The position numbers and the translations under genes are program-made. A DNA stretch of 64,000 nt from Isurus oxyrinchus (lineage: Eukaryota), in NCBI GenBank assembly GCA_026770705.1, contig JANJGN010000035.1, forward strand, positions 3,844,001 to 3,908,000, in the 5' to 3' direction. Under the pieces are notes generated by a model, which saw nothing but the letters and a program-made list of their open reading frames with translations, did not search any database and was not told the origin of the DNA. Below, one piece after another: positions 12,687 to 26,874 of this stretch (position 1 is the stretch's first letter; the number at the start of each line of letters is the position of its first letter).

Positions 12687-13454
12687 ATTCTCGGTGAAGC
12701 GATCTGTCCCTTTGTTCAGGCTAACTCAGGCGATGCATTCACAAAACATTCAATTTATGCCTTTGAGAATCTCCATGGGGATATTGATGTTGCAACACTG
12801 TTCAATTAACAAAAAAAAAACAAAGAAGTTTTGTAATTGAATTGTGCTAGAATAGATTTCGGTCTGAGATTGAATTTTAAAATCAAACAGAATTGGCAAA
12901 TTCGTTCATACGATTAAGTAATGATAACCAAAAGCGTGTTCTGCTAGAACCGGTGATGCTCTTTCAGATAACTTCAGGCCTATCCATAGTTACCATATTG
13001 CGGTGGTGATGTTCTTCACTCTGCAATTCCAAATGTGAGAATGGCGCCTCCATCATTGCTCTTCTGAATGTTAAAAGCAAGTTATCCTCTTACACTGGGT
13101 ACATGCAATAAGTTAGTTCCAAATTTTATAATGCCCATCTCATTTTTGCTGTCCTGCACTTGTGGTGTGGCTGCCACTCTGAATCAATGCAATCTACATG
13201 TCACAGCAAACTTTCAAGGCTTTTTTCCTGTCCCCTGGGTTTTAACATGCTCTTTTACCATGGGCATTCAAATCAGTGATAACAGTGGATTACTTTAGCC
13301 TTGCATTGCAAAATTTAATCAATAAATCATCTTACACCAGCTAAAAACCTGAAATTCTTAAAATTAGCATGCCATTAACTCAGACGAATACAAAGTTTTA
13401 TATCAATTGGAAAACCAACATGCACTTACGTGAATGAATTAAATGTAATACCTC

Positions 13455-14290
13455 AAGATGGGCAAATGCATGGGAGACGCAGCATAATGTGGATAAATGT
13501 GAGGTTATCCAAATTAGTAACAAAAGCAGGAAGGCAGATTATTTTCTGAATGTCTATAAAATGACAGAGGGGAATGTGCAACGAGGCCTGGCTGTCCTTG
13601 CTGAACCATCGCATGCAGGTGCAACAGGCGGTAAAGAAGGCAAATGATATTTTGGCCTTCATAGCGAGAGGATTCGACTCTTGGAGCAGTGATGTTTTGC
13701 TGTAATTTTGCAAAGCTTTAGTGTGACCACAACTTGAATATTGTGCACTGCTTTGTCTCCTTATCTGAGGAAGGATGTACTTGCTATAGAGGGAGCGCAG
13801 CGAAGGTTTACCAGACTGATTCCTGGGATGGTGGGACTGACATTTGAGGAGAGGTTGAGTCGGTAAAGATTACATTCACTGGAATTCTGGAGAAAGGTCT
13901 CTCTCATAGAAACATATAAAATTCTAACAGGGCTAGACATGGTAGATACACAAAAGATGTTCCCGATGACGGGGTAGACCAGAATCAGGGGTCACGGTCA
14001 GAGGATACAGGGTATAACATTTAGGGCTGAGAGGAGGAGACATTTCTTCACACACAGAGTGGTGAGCTTGTGAAATTCGCTGCCACTGAAAGATGTTGAG
14101 GACAAAACGTTGTTTGCTTTAACGAAGGCGTTAGATACAGCTCTTGGTCTGAAATAGATCAAAGGATTTGGGGAGAAAGCGGGAGAAGGATCTTTATTTA
14201 GATGACCAGCCATGATCAGGATAAATGGCAGAGCAGGCTCGAAGGGCCGAATGGCCTACTCCTGCTCCTAATTTCTATGTTTCTGTGTTT
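13455..14290 (+). mobile_element. CR1 LINE 3' fragment
   Basis: QVQQAVKKANDILAFIARG; 3' hairpin gaagggccgaatggcct; tttctatgtttctgtg tail. Confidence 0.85.
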
Positions 14291-14584
14291 CTATACATAG
14301 CCTCTAACAAACACCCTTCAAACGACACCACCTCTCAACGACAACACCCTCTGAGTGAAAGAACTACTGCACCTGTTGCAGCCCGACTTACCAATGCAGG
14401 ACCACTAACTTACGCCGCCCCCCAAAAAATCAAATGAGAAACTGCAACAGATACATCACCAACTATCAATATGTTCCTTCCAACGGATTCAGCCCCAGCA
14501 AATGACAGATAATCTCAAAATGATACAGCCCTAGAAATCTATGCAAGCATTCCAGTTAATGAAAACACTGCAGTATTTAAGGGG

Positions 14585-15325
14585 GAGTTGTGTGGTGGTA
14601 ATGCTGTTGTACTCCGGTGACAGCTGGTGGAATTCAAATTCATCTAAGTGGAAGATCTGCAAATAAACGATAATTTCTCTCATGGTGACGATGAAAATAT
14701 GTTCTTTAAAGTCCATCTGATTCACTAATGTCCTTTAGGGAAGGAAATCAGCTGCCTTTGCTTGGTCATGGCCTACATATGATTATATTGGGCACAAAAT
14801 GTGATTGCCTGTTAATTTCCTTCGGAAGTGGCCAAGCAAAACACTCAGTTGTGCCAAATCAGACAGAAAATTAGAAAAGGATCAGAAGCAGATGAACTAC
14901 TGGAAAACAACCGGCAGACGGGAGATGACAAAAACAGGCAATGCCTTATGAATTCTGCAAAGTCCTCCTGACGAATACCTGACAAATACTTGAGACAAAA
15001 TTGGAGGAGCTGTCCTGTAAAATATTCAAGCAACAGCCTGATCACAGCATACTCATCAGACTTGTAAGCAATGTCTCATACAGCTCCAAGGAAGTTATGT
15101 TAAATTTGCATATAACACTATTCGGCCTCAACATCCAGAACTACATGTTACACTTTAGGGAAAATGTGAAAGCAGTAGAGACAGTGCAGAAAAGTTTCAC
15201 GAGAACGAACCCAGGAATAGGCAACTTCATTAAGTTACATAGATTGGAGAAGTTGGATCTATTTTCCTTGGAGAAGAGAAGGTTGAGAGGAGATTTGATT
15301 TTTGTAATCGAAATCATGAAAACAT
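14585..15325 (+). mobile_element. SINE-like repeat followed by LINE fragments
   Basis: ttcactaatgtcctttagggaaggaaat motif, with antisense relatives at ~16414-16640, 39830-40150 and 48165-48490. CR1 RT piece (LEKLDLFSLEKRRLRGDLI) at 15070-15325. Confidence 0.55.
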
Positions 15326-17999
15326 CATAACAATGGTACGTTAAACACGCCATTAATTATTAAACAAAATTTAACAATCAATTATGTATTTCTTCCCTCG
15401 CGAATTGGTTATCTTCTCAAATTAAATAATTATCTGCCACCTTATTCACATATGCATGACTTATTAGCCTAATTTCACAATAATTATTCACTTATTTCAG
15501 TTTGTCAATTATTAAGGAGATTGTAAGTATTGATTCTAAGCTTAATGTTGTGCCTTTTGGTATCATACCCATTATAACAATTAACTTTCACTTTCGAAGC
15601 TGAACCTTAGTTGCAATACGCTTTCACTTTTAATTACATTTATGCCTACTTGCTGGGACCTGGGCTGTGCTGGAAGAGCAGAAAAGAATTGGCCTTCACA
15701 TCATTATTGCTAAGGTAGTTTATTGTAGGTGGTGACTGAATGCACTGGCTGCAAACTGTTAAACTGTGTCTTGGTTCCCCAACACGAGAATGTCACTAAA
15801 GGTCAAGACCTCCTTCTCAATGTGACTTACTCCTCCTCACACTGCTTACTGTTTGTGAACTCAAATTTAACAACTACCTCCAGGTTTGCACCGATTTTGA
15901 TCCGTGATCATGACTATTGCAATAATTAATTCATTTTAATATTCATTGTATAAACGATAGTGTGATTGTTTAATTATTACCTCAGTTTTGGTTGTCATGT
16001 GCAAGCAAAACTAACTTTAACATCATTCCACCACATGTCAGTGATTAAGCCCAATTTAGCAATTAACCGAACATAAGTCTCCAGTGTATTGCTCTCAAAG
16101 TGAATGTCACCGATAAATGTAATTTTATTCGATGTGCCTTATTTATAAATCATACAACAACAGCAAAATATTTTTAAACTTATAACTTGGTCTTCTTTAT
16201 GCGGTGGAATTTGCATTTTAAGAATATGTTTATTCACCGGGGTTTGTTTATTTTGACCAAATGTATAACTAACTGGAATACACACCCATTTGTGTTAGCT
16301 ATCAGGTCCAAATTAACAATTAACTGGAAAGCTATCACCTTATGCATTGGTTATCAATCCCTATATTAATGATTAACTGTAACTTTCTACCCTGCGTACT
16401 ATTCATAATCTCTTGTGGGTCAGGCTGGTTAAGGGTGGCATATTTCCTTTCATGAAATACATGGGACGGTTTTCAAGAGAATCGTTTCAAGGTCACCAAC
16501 ATTGGGACTAGTTTTTCAATTCCTGTTTGTTATTTAAATTCAAATTCCATCAGCTGTTGTGGTGGGATTTGACATCTTGTTAACAGAGTATTCGCCTGGG
16601 CCTCTGGATTTCTATCTGAGTGACATTAACACTATGCCTCAATCTCCTTTCAAATTATTCTTTTACAGGTGATGCACAGACCTCAACGACCTTTTCAAAG
16701 ATTCGGAAGAAAAAAAAGCATTTTGGTTCCACCGACATTTCAAAGAATCCCTTACCGTACTGATTCCAGGTCAAATGACGTCAGAGTCTGGAATCACTGT
16801 GAATACAATCCCTATTCAGAAGTCTCTGCAATCACAGATCAAGTATGAGACTCTACTTGCATTCATCATAGTGCCAATCCCCTCTGAGTCTCCCACTGTG
16901 GAATCCATACAAACACAAGCACAATTGGCTACACCATATGCTCTGTGATTTCAGACAAACACAATGATTCAAATGTGGAGGATTTAATACAAACCAGCAC
17001 TGTGACTCACTGTGTGGAGCACTGGATAACCAGATTCAAAATAAGACATAATTTGTGACCCCCATGTGCCGACTCGAATTACAGATCCACTCTGTGAAAT
17101 CCCTTGTCGAGTCTCTGCAAGCCCAGACCCACTTGGTGACCCACACTGTAGAGTGCACCTAAGTGCAGTTCCACCCTCTGACCTCTCGGTGGAGCCTCGG
17201 ATATTAACGCTAACATTCAAAGTCCTGCTGAGGTGCCTCTGTAAACACAACTTTCTTCTTTACCACGTGTATTCTTTATAACTAGATACGCACTCATGCA
17301 CGTTTTCTGGAACCTATAAGTACAATATTCCCTGTTGACTGCTAGAAAGTGCAGCACAACTCAGTGACTTGCCCTGTGGCATGAGTAGAACCAACTTGTT
17401 CTGATAGACATGGTAATTAATTAACTGGGGGAATTAGGCACAATGAGGGAGACGTGCTCTTCTGGTACGATTCAGATCAAGGAATGGTCCTTCCACTGGA
17501 GCTGGAGAGAGCGAGGCCTGAGCTCTGAAATCCAGAGGCAGTAACAGGGTCCGAATGTAAGTGTTTTGCAGGTGACTTTTCATGTTTTTAATTCTTTCTT
17601 TGAATGAAGGTGGTGTTTCGAATTATGGCCAATGGAGAAACACTGTAATTTATTTATGAATTAGTTAATTTACTTGATGTAACGGAAATGTTTGCATTTG
17701 TTTTGCAATAAAGACTTCAGTTAATTAATTAAATGTAATGAGGCAAAGATGTTGCAGAGCGGGTTGTGTATTTGGACTGCAGAATGTGGCACTGCGTGGA
17801 TGATTGCAACCTGCACAATAACAAAGCATCAGGAGTTGCCTTCATGTCAGATTTTCTCGGCACAGAGTCAGTGAAATAGAATTTCAGTTGTAGAAAATGA
17901 AGGAATGGGTTTCAATCCAGGTCAGATTTACCTTGGACATCGGCAGACCACTGATCAAAGCATATGACGTGGAAAAGGATGATTTGATTGACAGGAATC

Positions 18000-19800
18000 A
18001 GTGCCGCGAAAATTTCAGTGAGGTTGGGACGGGGACACACGGACACTGTCCCATTATGTAAGAGCTACTTACAATCTTTTGGTGGTTCAGAACTTGAGTC
18101 GCTGGCAAAAGTGACATGTTGAAGCTTTTCGCCCAGCATTCATCAGGACACTTCATAAGAATACCAAAGTCAGGGCAAAACAGCAATTCATATTTTATAT
18201 GATGAAGGAATTGGTTTGCAAGTGGACTGTGACTGATCGAGGCGTTGCCATGGAGAATGCACCAGTGATGGTGACTGACAGTTAACTGCCAGGAATTGTT
18301 CGAAATTTGAACCAGGCAGCTTGACCTTTATTGATCAGTATATTATCCTGAGTCAGCAAATAACTGTCACTTATGTTGTTTAGCTGAACAAGGCAAATAG
18401 TGTGTCGATGTCTGCAAGAATAGGTCCCTGCGTATTAATTTAGGTAGTTCCAGGACACAGAAATGCGCCACACTTCGAGCCCAACTGACAGTAATAAATT
18501 GGTTGTCAGTGTAATTGTGGATTATTTAGCAAATGTTACCCAATCACGGAATCACATGCATTGTAGGACACCGTGTTTTGAGTTTTGCAAGCTCAGGCTT
18601 GTTTGGTATGATCTGTATCTTGAACATTGTGAACAGTGGCTGGGACATGCTGTTTGAGTTGATGGGCCAGTCTTTGGAATGTATGCCTTACTTACCTAGC
18701 ATTACACTAACATTGACATTCATATACCAAGTTAGTCATTTGTATGTTTGGCTGAATGTCTTTTTGGCTGGACTGCAGCATCCTGTTTGCAGCGAATACC
18801 ATTCATTGTGTTACTGCACAGTAGCAGCGTGAAACAGCTAGCTTCAAATCTTGCTTATTCTTTCTTTGAGATACCCTGCAATTCCAGGGTTATCTGACGC
18901 AGACTCTGCAAATTTCAGGGCCGAAAATGTCGGCCTTAGTCATGTTCATGAGTTTGCGTGATACACAGTGCCAAATGATCAGCTCAAGGCAGCAATCGCC
19001 TTGCAGGATGCCTTTGATGCGCCCTATTGCAGCATCAAGCTTGCATGGTGAGAAAATAGTTGGGACCCTATTTACAAGATTACCTTTAAGTCCTATCTTT
19101 TGCATGTGGGACTGTAAGAATCCCAACATCTGTATTAACCAGTGAAGGTAGGCTTGTAGGACGGTGGTGGAGAACTCTATGGAAATTTGTTGAACTGGAA
19201 TGTTAAGGAAGCGGAGTTCATCTGACTGTTCCATTTCATAGGCGAATTTGAGCGAAGGTTAGAGCCAAGTAGGCCTGATAACAAGTACTTACATGCAGCT
19301 GTTGAATTAAATGCAGCAAACGTATGATACACATACTGGAAATATGCAGGGCGTAGGAGGTAAGGATCCGTTTCTTCGAAGAAACGCTTCTCATGGAAGT
19401 CAGCAAAAATGTTTGAGACAGCTGGACCTAGGAGGGATCCCATGGCAGCAACGTCTATTTGGGCATGCATAGTGTCATAAAAACTGAACTGAACTGCGCA
19501 ACTTGTGGAATAAAAATTGCAGTGAAGCCTTATTCAGGCCATATTGGCTGGTCGAGATCGTCACTATATGATGCTGCACTGCAAATATCAACGAATTCCT
19601 TAGGAGGAATAGTGGTGAATAGGCTAGCAATTTCAAATGTGCACATGGACATGGCATTCCTATCGATATCTGAGTCCTGTGTGGCCTTCACAAAGTTGGA
19701 TGAGTCTTTGAACATGTATATGGAAAACTTGCCAACCAATCAGCACTCTCTTCACAAACAGAATACATTGCTGTTTTCCATTTATAAAGGTCTTCTTCCG
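18000..19800 (-). mobile_element. Old PLE (Poseidon-type RT plus GIY-YIG) remnant, unit A
   Basis: DSSNFVKA, FEIASLFTTIP, QIDVAAMGSLLGPAVSNIF, YFQYVYHTF. Paralog of 49960-51850. Confidence 0.8.
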
Positions 19801-21189
19801 AATGGTCCTGATTGTAAGTAACATTTTTATTGTTCTCTTGGGCGCTGGCTTCAAGATTGGACTGTGGCTATAAAAACTACCATGGCTCATTGAATATAAG
19901 TCGGGGAGAGGGTTTTCTCTTAGGGAAATCAAGTCAATGCCTCAGTCAATTCAGCCATGATCTTGTTGAATAGCGCAGCATGTTAGAGGGGCAGAATGGA
20001 CGGTTCATCATCCTATTTCCCACATCTTAAGATTTTAAGAGCTTAAATTGTAATCCTCGAACACTGCAATGCCCTTTAAAAACCAACCACCTAGGCTCGG
20101 AGTCCATGTTTGCGAAATATAAATTTTGCATGTTGCTCTTGTTAAAAAATTCAGGTTCACTGTCAACTTTCCATTTCCCAGAGTGCTCATTTTTGAGCAA
20201 TGCGGAGCAGTTCATTTCAGCAACACACACTGGTGCCTAGGTGCCAATGAAACGGTCAATGGATGTCATTTCAAACTGAAATCAAAGACTGACATTGATC
20301 CAAGCGCTTCACATTAATTCTGACAACCACAGCGATCGTTATTTTAGTTATGGTATTTATTGTGCATCCACGAGAATGGCCATCAATCATGAAGGGTTTT
20401 TGATTGTTCCAACATGCTGCCTGACAGGTTGATTTCTGCCAGAATTGTTCTGTTTTTATGTCAGCTTAGCATCTGCACCATTTTGCTGATGTCTTGCCAA
20501 TCTTTCTGCTTTTCCTTGATGTTGAATATTGTGGTGCAAGGAGTTCCGAGAGAACAACAATGGTGAAAAGAGAAAGAAATGCTGGGAGACAAAAATGCGC
20601 CTCAGACACAGTCGCCACCTATCGTAGGGGTTCAGTGAACTGTAGCGACTCTCAACCTCTCCTTCCTAGAGCTTTGATTTATAACCTCATGGCACAATTA
20701 AAAGTGGTTCTGGGAAGTGCACCTGTAATTTGTTTCCAAACTGTTAGAAGCACATTCACAATTTTCAATTTCCTCAACAAACAAAGCAAGAACCATGCGC
20801 TCTTCACAGTTTTTGCATTTGCCATGTGTCGTCTAAAAATCAAGACTTTTCCTGCCAGCATTGCTGGCAGAGACATTAAATTAAAAAATTATCATAAGAA
20901 CATAAACAACTATTTAATCAGAAGCGAGTCTCATAATATTAACAAAATGTTTTCTGCTCCCTAGACGTGATTTCATCGCTTTATCTGCTGATCTCGTTCA
21001 GTATTTGAATTTATGGGCACATAAAAGCTAATGTTGGGATGATGTTTAAATTGCTTGAAATTTGGAAAATATTGGGAAACATTTAATATTTCTACAGTAT
21101 TTATACACTTACAAGAAAATAATTTTACCATCATTTCTCATGTCAGTTGGACTTTTGACCTTTTGGTGATATTTGGAGTGCGTTAGGAC

Positions 21190-24100
21190 AAAGAAGAAAG
21201 AGAAGTACAGCACAGGAACAGGCCTTTCGGCCCACCAAGCTTGTGCCGATCATATTGCCTGTTAAACTAAAACATATTGCACTTCCGGGGTCCGTATCCC
21301 TCTATTCCCATCCTATTCATGTATTTGTCAAGCTGCCTCTTAAACACCACTATTGTACCTGCTTCCGCCACCTCCTCTGGCAGCGAATTTCAGACACTCG
21401 CTACCTTCTGCATAAAAAAATTCCCCTGCACATCTCCTCTTAAGGTTTCTCCTCTCACCTTAAATCTATGTCCACTAGTAATTGACTCTTACACCCTGGG
21501 AAAAAGCTTCTGAATATCTTCACTGTCCATGCAACTCATTTTTTTAAACATCTATCAAGTCGCCCCTCAATCTCCGTTGATCTAGCGAGAACAATTCGAG
21601 TTTATCCAACCTCTCCTCATAGCTAATAACCTCCAGCCCAGGCAGAATCCTGGTAACCTCCTCTGCACACTCTCCAAAGCCACCAAATCCTCCTGGTAAC
21701 ATGGCGACTTGAATTGCACGCAATATTCCAAGTGTGGCATTACCAAGGCTTTAGACATCTGCAGCATGGCTCCCCAGGCCTTATACTCAGTACTTCTGCT
21801 GTTGAAGGCAAGCATGCCTTATGCCTTCCTGAATGCCTTATCCACCTGCATTGCCACTTTCAGTGAGCTGTGGATCTGTACACCCAGCTCCCTCTGCCCG
21901 TTGATGCACTTAAGGGTTCTGCCATTTACTGTATAATTAATACCTGTATTACACCTTCCAGAATCCATTACACAGAACAAAGAATACAGAGAAGTCCAGC
22001 ACAGGAAAAGGCACTTCCGCCCTCCAAGCCTGCGCTGATCATATTGCCCATCAAGTTAAATATGTTGCAGTTTCGCGGTCCGATTTCTTCTATTCCCATC
22101 CTATTCATGTAATTGTCAAGCTGCATTTTAAAAACCACTATCGTACCTGCTTCTAGCACCTCCTCTGGCAATGAATTCCAGACACTCACTACCCTCTGCG
22201 TAAAAAAAAAAAAAATTGCCCCGCACATCTCCTCTATAGTTTTCTCCTCTCACCTTAAATCTATGTCCCCTAGTAATTGACTGTTCCACCCTGGGAAAAA
22301 GCTCCTTGCATGTTTCCGGATTACATCCATCTGCCATTTCTATGCCCACGTCTCCAACCGATCTAAATGCCGTTGTATCCTTTGCCAATCCTCTTCATTA
22401 TCTGCAACTCCTCCAACCTTAGTGTCATTGCAAACTTACTAATTAGCCCATTTACATTTTGCTCCAAATCATTTATGTTTACTACAAACAGCAAAGGTCC
22501 CAGTACTAATCCCTGCGGAACAGCACTAGTCACAGCTCTCCTTTCAGAAAAGCACACTTCCACTGCTACCCTCTGTCTTCTATGACCAAACCAGTTCTGT
22601 ATCCATCTTGTCAGCTCACCTCTGATCCCGTGCGACTTTTGGCTCTACCTTCTGTACCAGTCTGCCATGAGGGACCTTGTCAAAGGCCTTACTGAAATCC
22701 ATGTAGATAACATCCACTGCCCTTCCATCATCGAACATCTTTGTCACTTCCTCGAAAAACTCGAGGAAACTCCCTCACAAAACCATGCTGCCTCTCACTA
22801 ATATGCCCATTTGCTTCAAAATGGTAGTAAATCCTGTCACGAAGGAACTTATCCAATAATTTCCCTACCACAGTCGTAAGGCTTACCGGCCTGCAATTTC
22901 CTGGATTATCCCTGCTACCCTTTTTAAACAATGGAAAAACATTGGCCATTCTCCAGCCCTCTGGGACCTCACCTGTAGCCATTGAGGATACAAAGATTTC
23001 TCTCAAGGCCCCTTCCCTCTCCTCACTTGCCTCCCTCAGTACACTGGGATAGATCCCATTTGGCCCAAGGGACTTATCCACTTTAATATTCTACAAGACG
23101 CCTAACACCTACTCTTTTTTCATCTCAACATGATCCAGGCTATCTACACACTCTTCCCTATAAAGATGGACCGCTAAGTCCTTATCTTTTGTGAGTACTG
23201 TTGAGAAGTATTCATTTAGTATCTCTTTCAGTCCTTCTGGCTCTGTCCCTGAGTGGGCCTACCCTTTCCCTGTCTACCCTCTTGCTTATTGCATATGTGT
23301 GAAAGGCCTTGGGATTTTCCTTAATCCTGGTTACCAATGCCTTTTCATGACCCCTTTTAGCCCTCCTGACTCCTTGCTTAAGTTTCTTCCTTCTTTCTTT
23401 ATGTTCTCCACGGCCTTCATCTGTTCCCATCCTTCTAGCCCTTACGAATGCTTCCCTTTTCTTTTTGACTAATCTCACAATATCCTTCGTTATCCGAGGT
23501 TTCTAAAACTTTTTTTAGTAATCCTTCATCCTAGCAGGAACATGCCGGTCCTGAATTCTTATCAACTGACGTTAGAATGTCCCCCACACATCAATTGTTG
23601 ATTTGCCCTCAAATGTCCACCTCCAGTCTGGATTCCTTAGCTCCTGCCTACTATTGTTATCATGAGCCTTCCCGCAATTAATCCGAGGAATCCTGTTATC
23701 CTTATCCACCAGTCCTTTACAACTTACTGAATTATGGTCATTTTTCCCGAAATGCTCCCCTAAGGAAAATTTGAACAACTGGCCGGTTTCCTTCCCTAAC
23801 ACCATGTCCAGGATTGTCACTTCCCTTATTGGACTATCCACATATTGTCTCACGAAGCCCTCTTGGATGCACCTTACAAATTCTGCACCATCCAAATCCC
23901 TAGCACTTAGTGGTTCCCAGTTAATATAGGGAAAGTTAAAATCACCCTATTGCTTTTACACCTTTCCAAAATCTGCCTACATAACTGTTCCGCAATCTCC
24001 CACTGGCAATTGGGAGGCCTATTAGCAAACCCCCAACATTGTGACTGCACCCTTCCTATGCCAGAGCTCTACCCATATTGCCTCACTGCATGAGCCCTCC

Positions 24101-25070
24101 GAGGTGGCTTCCTGTCATGCAGCTGTGATATTCTTTTTAACCAGCAATGCAACTCCCCCAGTACTTCTACATCCCTCTCTATTCTGCCTGAAAATTCTAA
24201 ATCCTTGATCGTTTATCTGCCAATCCTGTTTGTCCTTCAAACAAGTCTCTGTAATCGCAATAACATCATAGTTCCGAGTACTAATGCAACTTCTTAGCTC
24301 ATCTGCCTTGCCTGTTATACTTCTTGCATTGAAACAAATGCATTTCAGACACCCAGTCCAACTGTGTTCAGTAATTTCTCCCTGCCTGCTCTTCCTCTTC
24401 GTCCTACTGGCCATATTACCTAGTTCTCAATCACTTATTTCTCCTGCTGACCTATTGCACTTCTTCCAAACCCCCCCCGGCTCCCCCCGGCCATACTAGT
24501 TTAAACCCTTTTGAGTGACACTAGCAAACGTCGAAGCCAGGATATTGGTGCCCCTCCAGTTAAGATGCAACCTGTCCTTCTTGCCCCGGAAGAGATCCCA
24601 GTGATCCAGATTTTGGAAACCTTCCCTCCTTCACCATCTGTTGAGCCACATGTTTAGCTGCAGTTTCTTCCTTATTCTAGCCTCACTGGCATGTGGCACA
24701 GAGATTAATCCTGAGATTACAACCCTAAAAATCCTGTTTATTAACTTTCTGCATAAATCTCTGAGCTCCTGCTGCAGGACCTTGTCCCTCTTCCTGCCAC
24801 TGTCATTATTACCAATGTGTACAACGACTTTGGGCTGTTCTACCTCCCCCTTCAGAATGTCCCTTACCGATCAGCAACATCCTGGATCCTGACACAAGGG
24901 AGGCACAATACCATCCTGGACAAAAACAGAATTACCTGGAAAAACTCAGCAGGTCTGGCAGCATCGGCGGAGAAGAAAAGAGTTGACGTTTGGAGTCCTC
25001 ATGACCCTTCGACAGAACTTGAGTGAGTCCAAGAAAGGGGTGAAATACCATCCTGGTGTCTCTTTCACGA
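21190..25070 (-). mobile_element. CR1 LINE (ORF1 end, EN, RT, 3' end) with a nested CR1 3' end at 21971-22303
   Basis: LKCICFNARSITGKADEL...IAITET (EN); KSLGPNGIYPSVLRE; VPQGLVLGPLLF; LVMPHLEYCVQF. Confidence 0.88.
24920..25043 (-). mobile_element. Solo PLE pLTR mini-insertion with a 13-bp TSD
   Basis: Nearly identical to ~1222-1350. Flanked by aataccatcctgg at 24907-24919 and 25044-25056. Confidence 0.9.
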
Positions 25071-25552
25071 CCTTTAGAAAGTGATTGCAAGTCAAACTGA
25101 AACATTTTACAAAATAAAATCATACCAGATTTCAAATTATTCACTGACAGTTTATTGGTGATCAGAGCAAAGTTCCAATCTTTGATCCTCGTTCAATGAA
25201 CGTGTCTTTAAATGTATATGTACAAACCCTCCTTTTCCCCAAATAATTGACAAAGAGATAACACTGTATTATCAAATAATGCAGAAAAAGACATGGAGCC
25301 AAGCGATCGAAAGCTCAAGATAAACAATATTCTCTTCCTTGTGCCAATTAGCTCAACAAACTGCATCAAGGACACAGAAATCAGCAGTAACCAGCGGGTG
25401 TACTGTCAATGTGTTGCTGTCCATGGTCCTCCACCAGTGCTTGCTTCAAATCATGTGAGGCAATACACAGTTCTTACCTTGCGAAGCTTCATCCTCCAAC
25501 CAGTGGGCCTTGGCTTTTAGCTTTAACTTCCATTAAGTGTCATTATGTATTT

Positions 25553-26874
25553 TGTTATTATCCCAGCTGAGGTTGCCCCAGGACCAGCATCACCTCAGAG
25601 TCTGATAGATCCTAACTTGTAATTTGCTTGTTTGGAAACGTGGAAAGCCGCTACTGATCCGAATTATCAGAGTCAGCTATTTAGCTTCTAACTTAAAGAA
25701 TAAAATATGCATTAAACAAAAAAGGTGAACTATATTACAATGCTCTTCCAACCACAGCTATACCCTCACAGATATAAAGAGATTTGTAGGGATAACACAA
25801 CGTAAAAAAGCTAGCTTATATTCTAATGTCCACACAAGGCACAAAAACGATGAACCAATTGGCACACTGCAGTCAGGCACTCTGAAACCAAATTGCAGAT
25901 TCCAACTCAAGAAGATGTTATGGATTTTTCCGCAACTCCCACTGGATGCTTGTCATACCATAAGCCAATCAGTCTCATTGAAATCAATGTTTCACACGAG
26001 CGTTTTGAATCTCCCCTCTCGAAGACCTCACCTTGGAATCTACTCTCAAGTTTACACTTTCTCTCAGGTGCATTCCCACCCCTCAGAGATTCAAACTCTC
26101 AGTTTGAATTTCCCTTCCCTGGGTCACCACATTCATTCAAGCTGTCTTCCACGCATTCTCCCACACCGACACAGCTGCTTCAGATGTCCATAGTAAAGCG
26201 TTAGCATAATTTTTCTCTTTGGTCCTTCTGGCCTCTTGCTAGCTGTTCTCACTTTAAGTCTGCTTTCTGAAGCTTTTATCTCTTTAAATCTGAAGCTTGG
26301 AGACTTTGTTCTGTGACCCTCACTCTTACCTTCTCTAAACAGAACCTTTTCTAGGTCCTGTCCTTTCTTTGATGAACAGGTCTGGTTGGGACTTTCTCCT
26401 ATTCCACTCCTCTGGATTTGTTTTTTTTTTCCTCAGCCTGTGACTTTCTCCCTATCAGTTTTCATTCAGTCTCTCCGGGCAGCTACTTTCATTTAAAAGT
26501 AGCGTGGAACATGATCTGCCCCTGCTAGGCTGTTCCTGGATCGCCAGCTATATTCAAAACTGCTGAACACCAACAGCTTCAAGTCAAAGTCTCTAGCTTT
26601 TCCGCGTGTGTCTGTGTGAGGGAACAGCCTCTTTGGACCCCGGTCGCTAGACAGCAGCCCAAGTATTCTACTCTTCTTTGCTTATTTAGCAGAGAGCAAT
26701 GAATGCTCCATGGAAATGCAAAGACCTATTTGAAGTGAAGCTAAAATTGAATTTGAACTTTCTTAACATACAAACACAGAAATATAAAAAAAACTTAAAC
26801 TTTAGAGCTAAAGCTCAGTCTTAAGACCTTCAAATACCAATTTAGCTTACTTAAACAATCTTTACTTCTCATCA
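25553..26874. mobile_element. Candidate solo LTR
   Basis: TG...CA ends (TGTTATTA...CTCATCA) with ATTT on both sides (25549-25552, 26875-26878). No coding remnant. Confidence 0.4.

Noticed and set aside
17071-17113. gactcga...tcgagtc inverted repeat
   Set aside because: Only a 7-bp stem, expected by chance in 64 kb.
20494-20964. 156-aa ORF, and a CTCF-like cgccacctatcg at ~20613
   Set aside because: No recognisable domain and the frame is broken in the paralog (52550-52980). The motif match is only partial.
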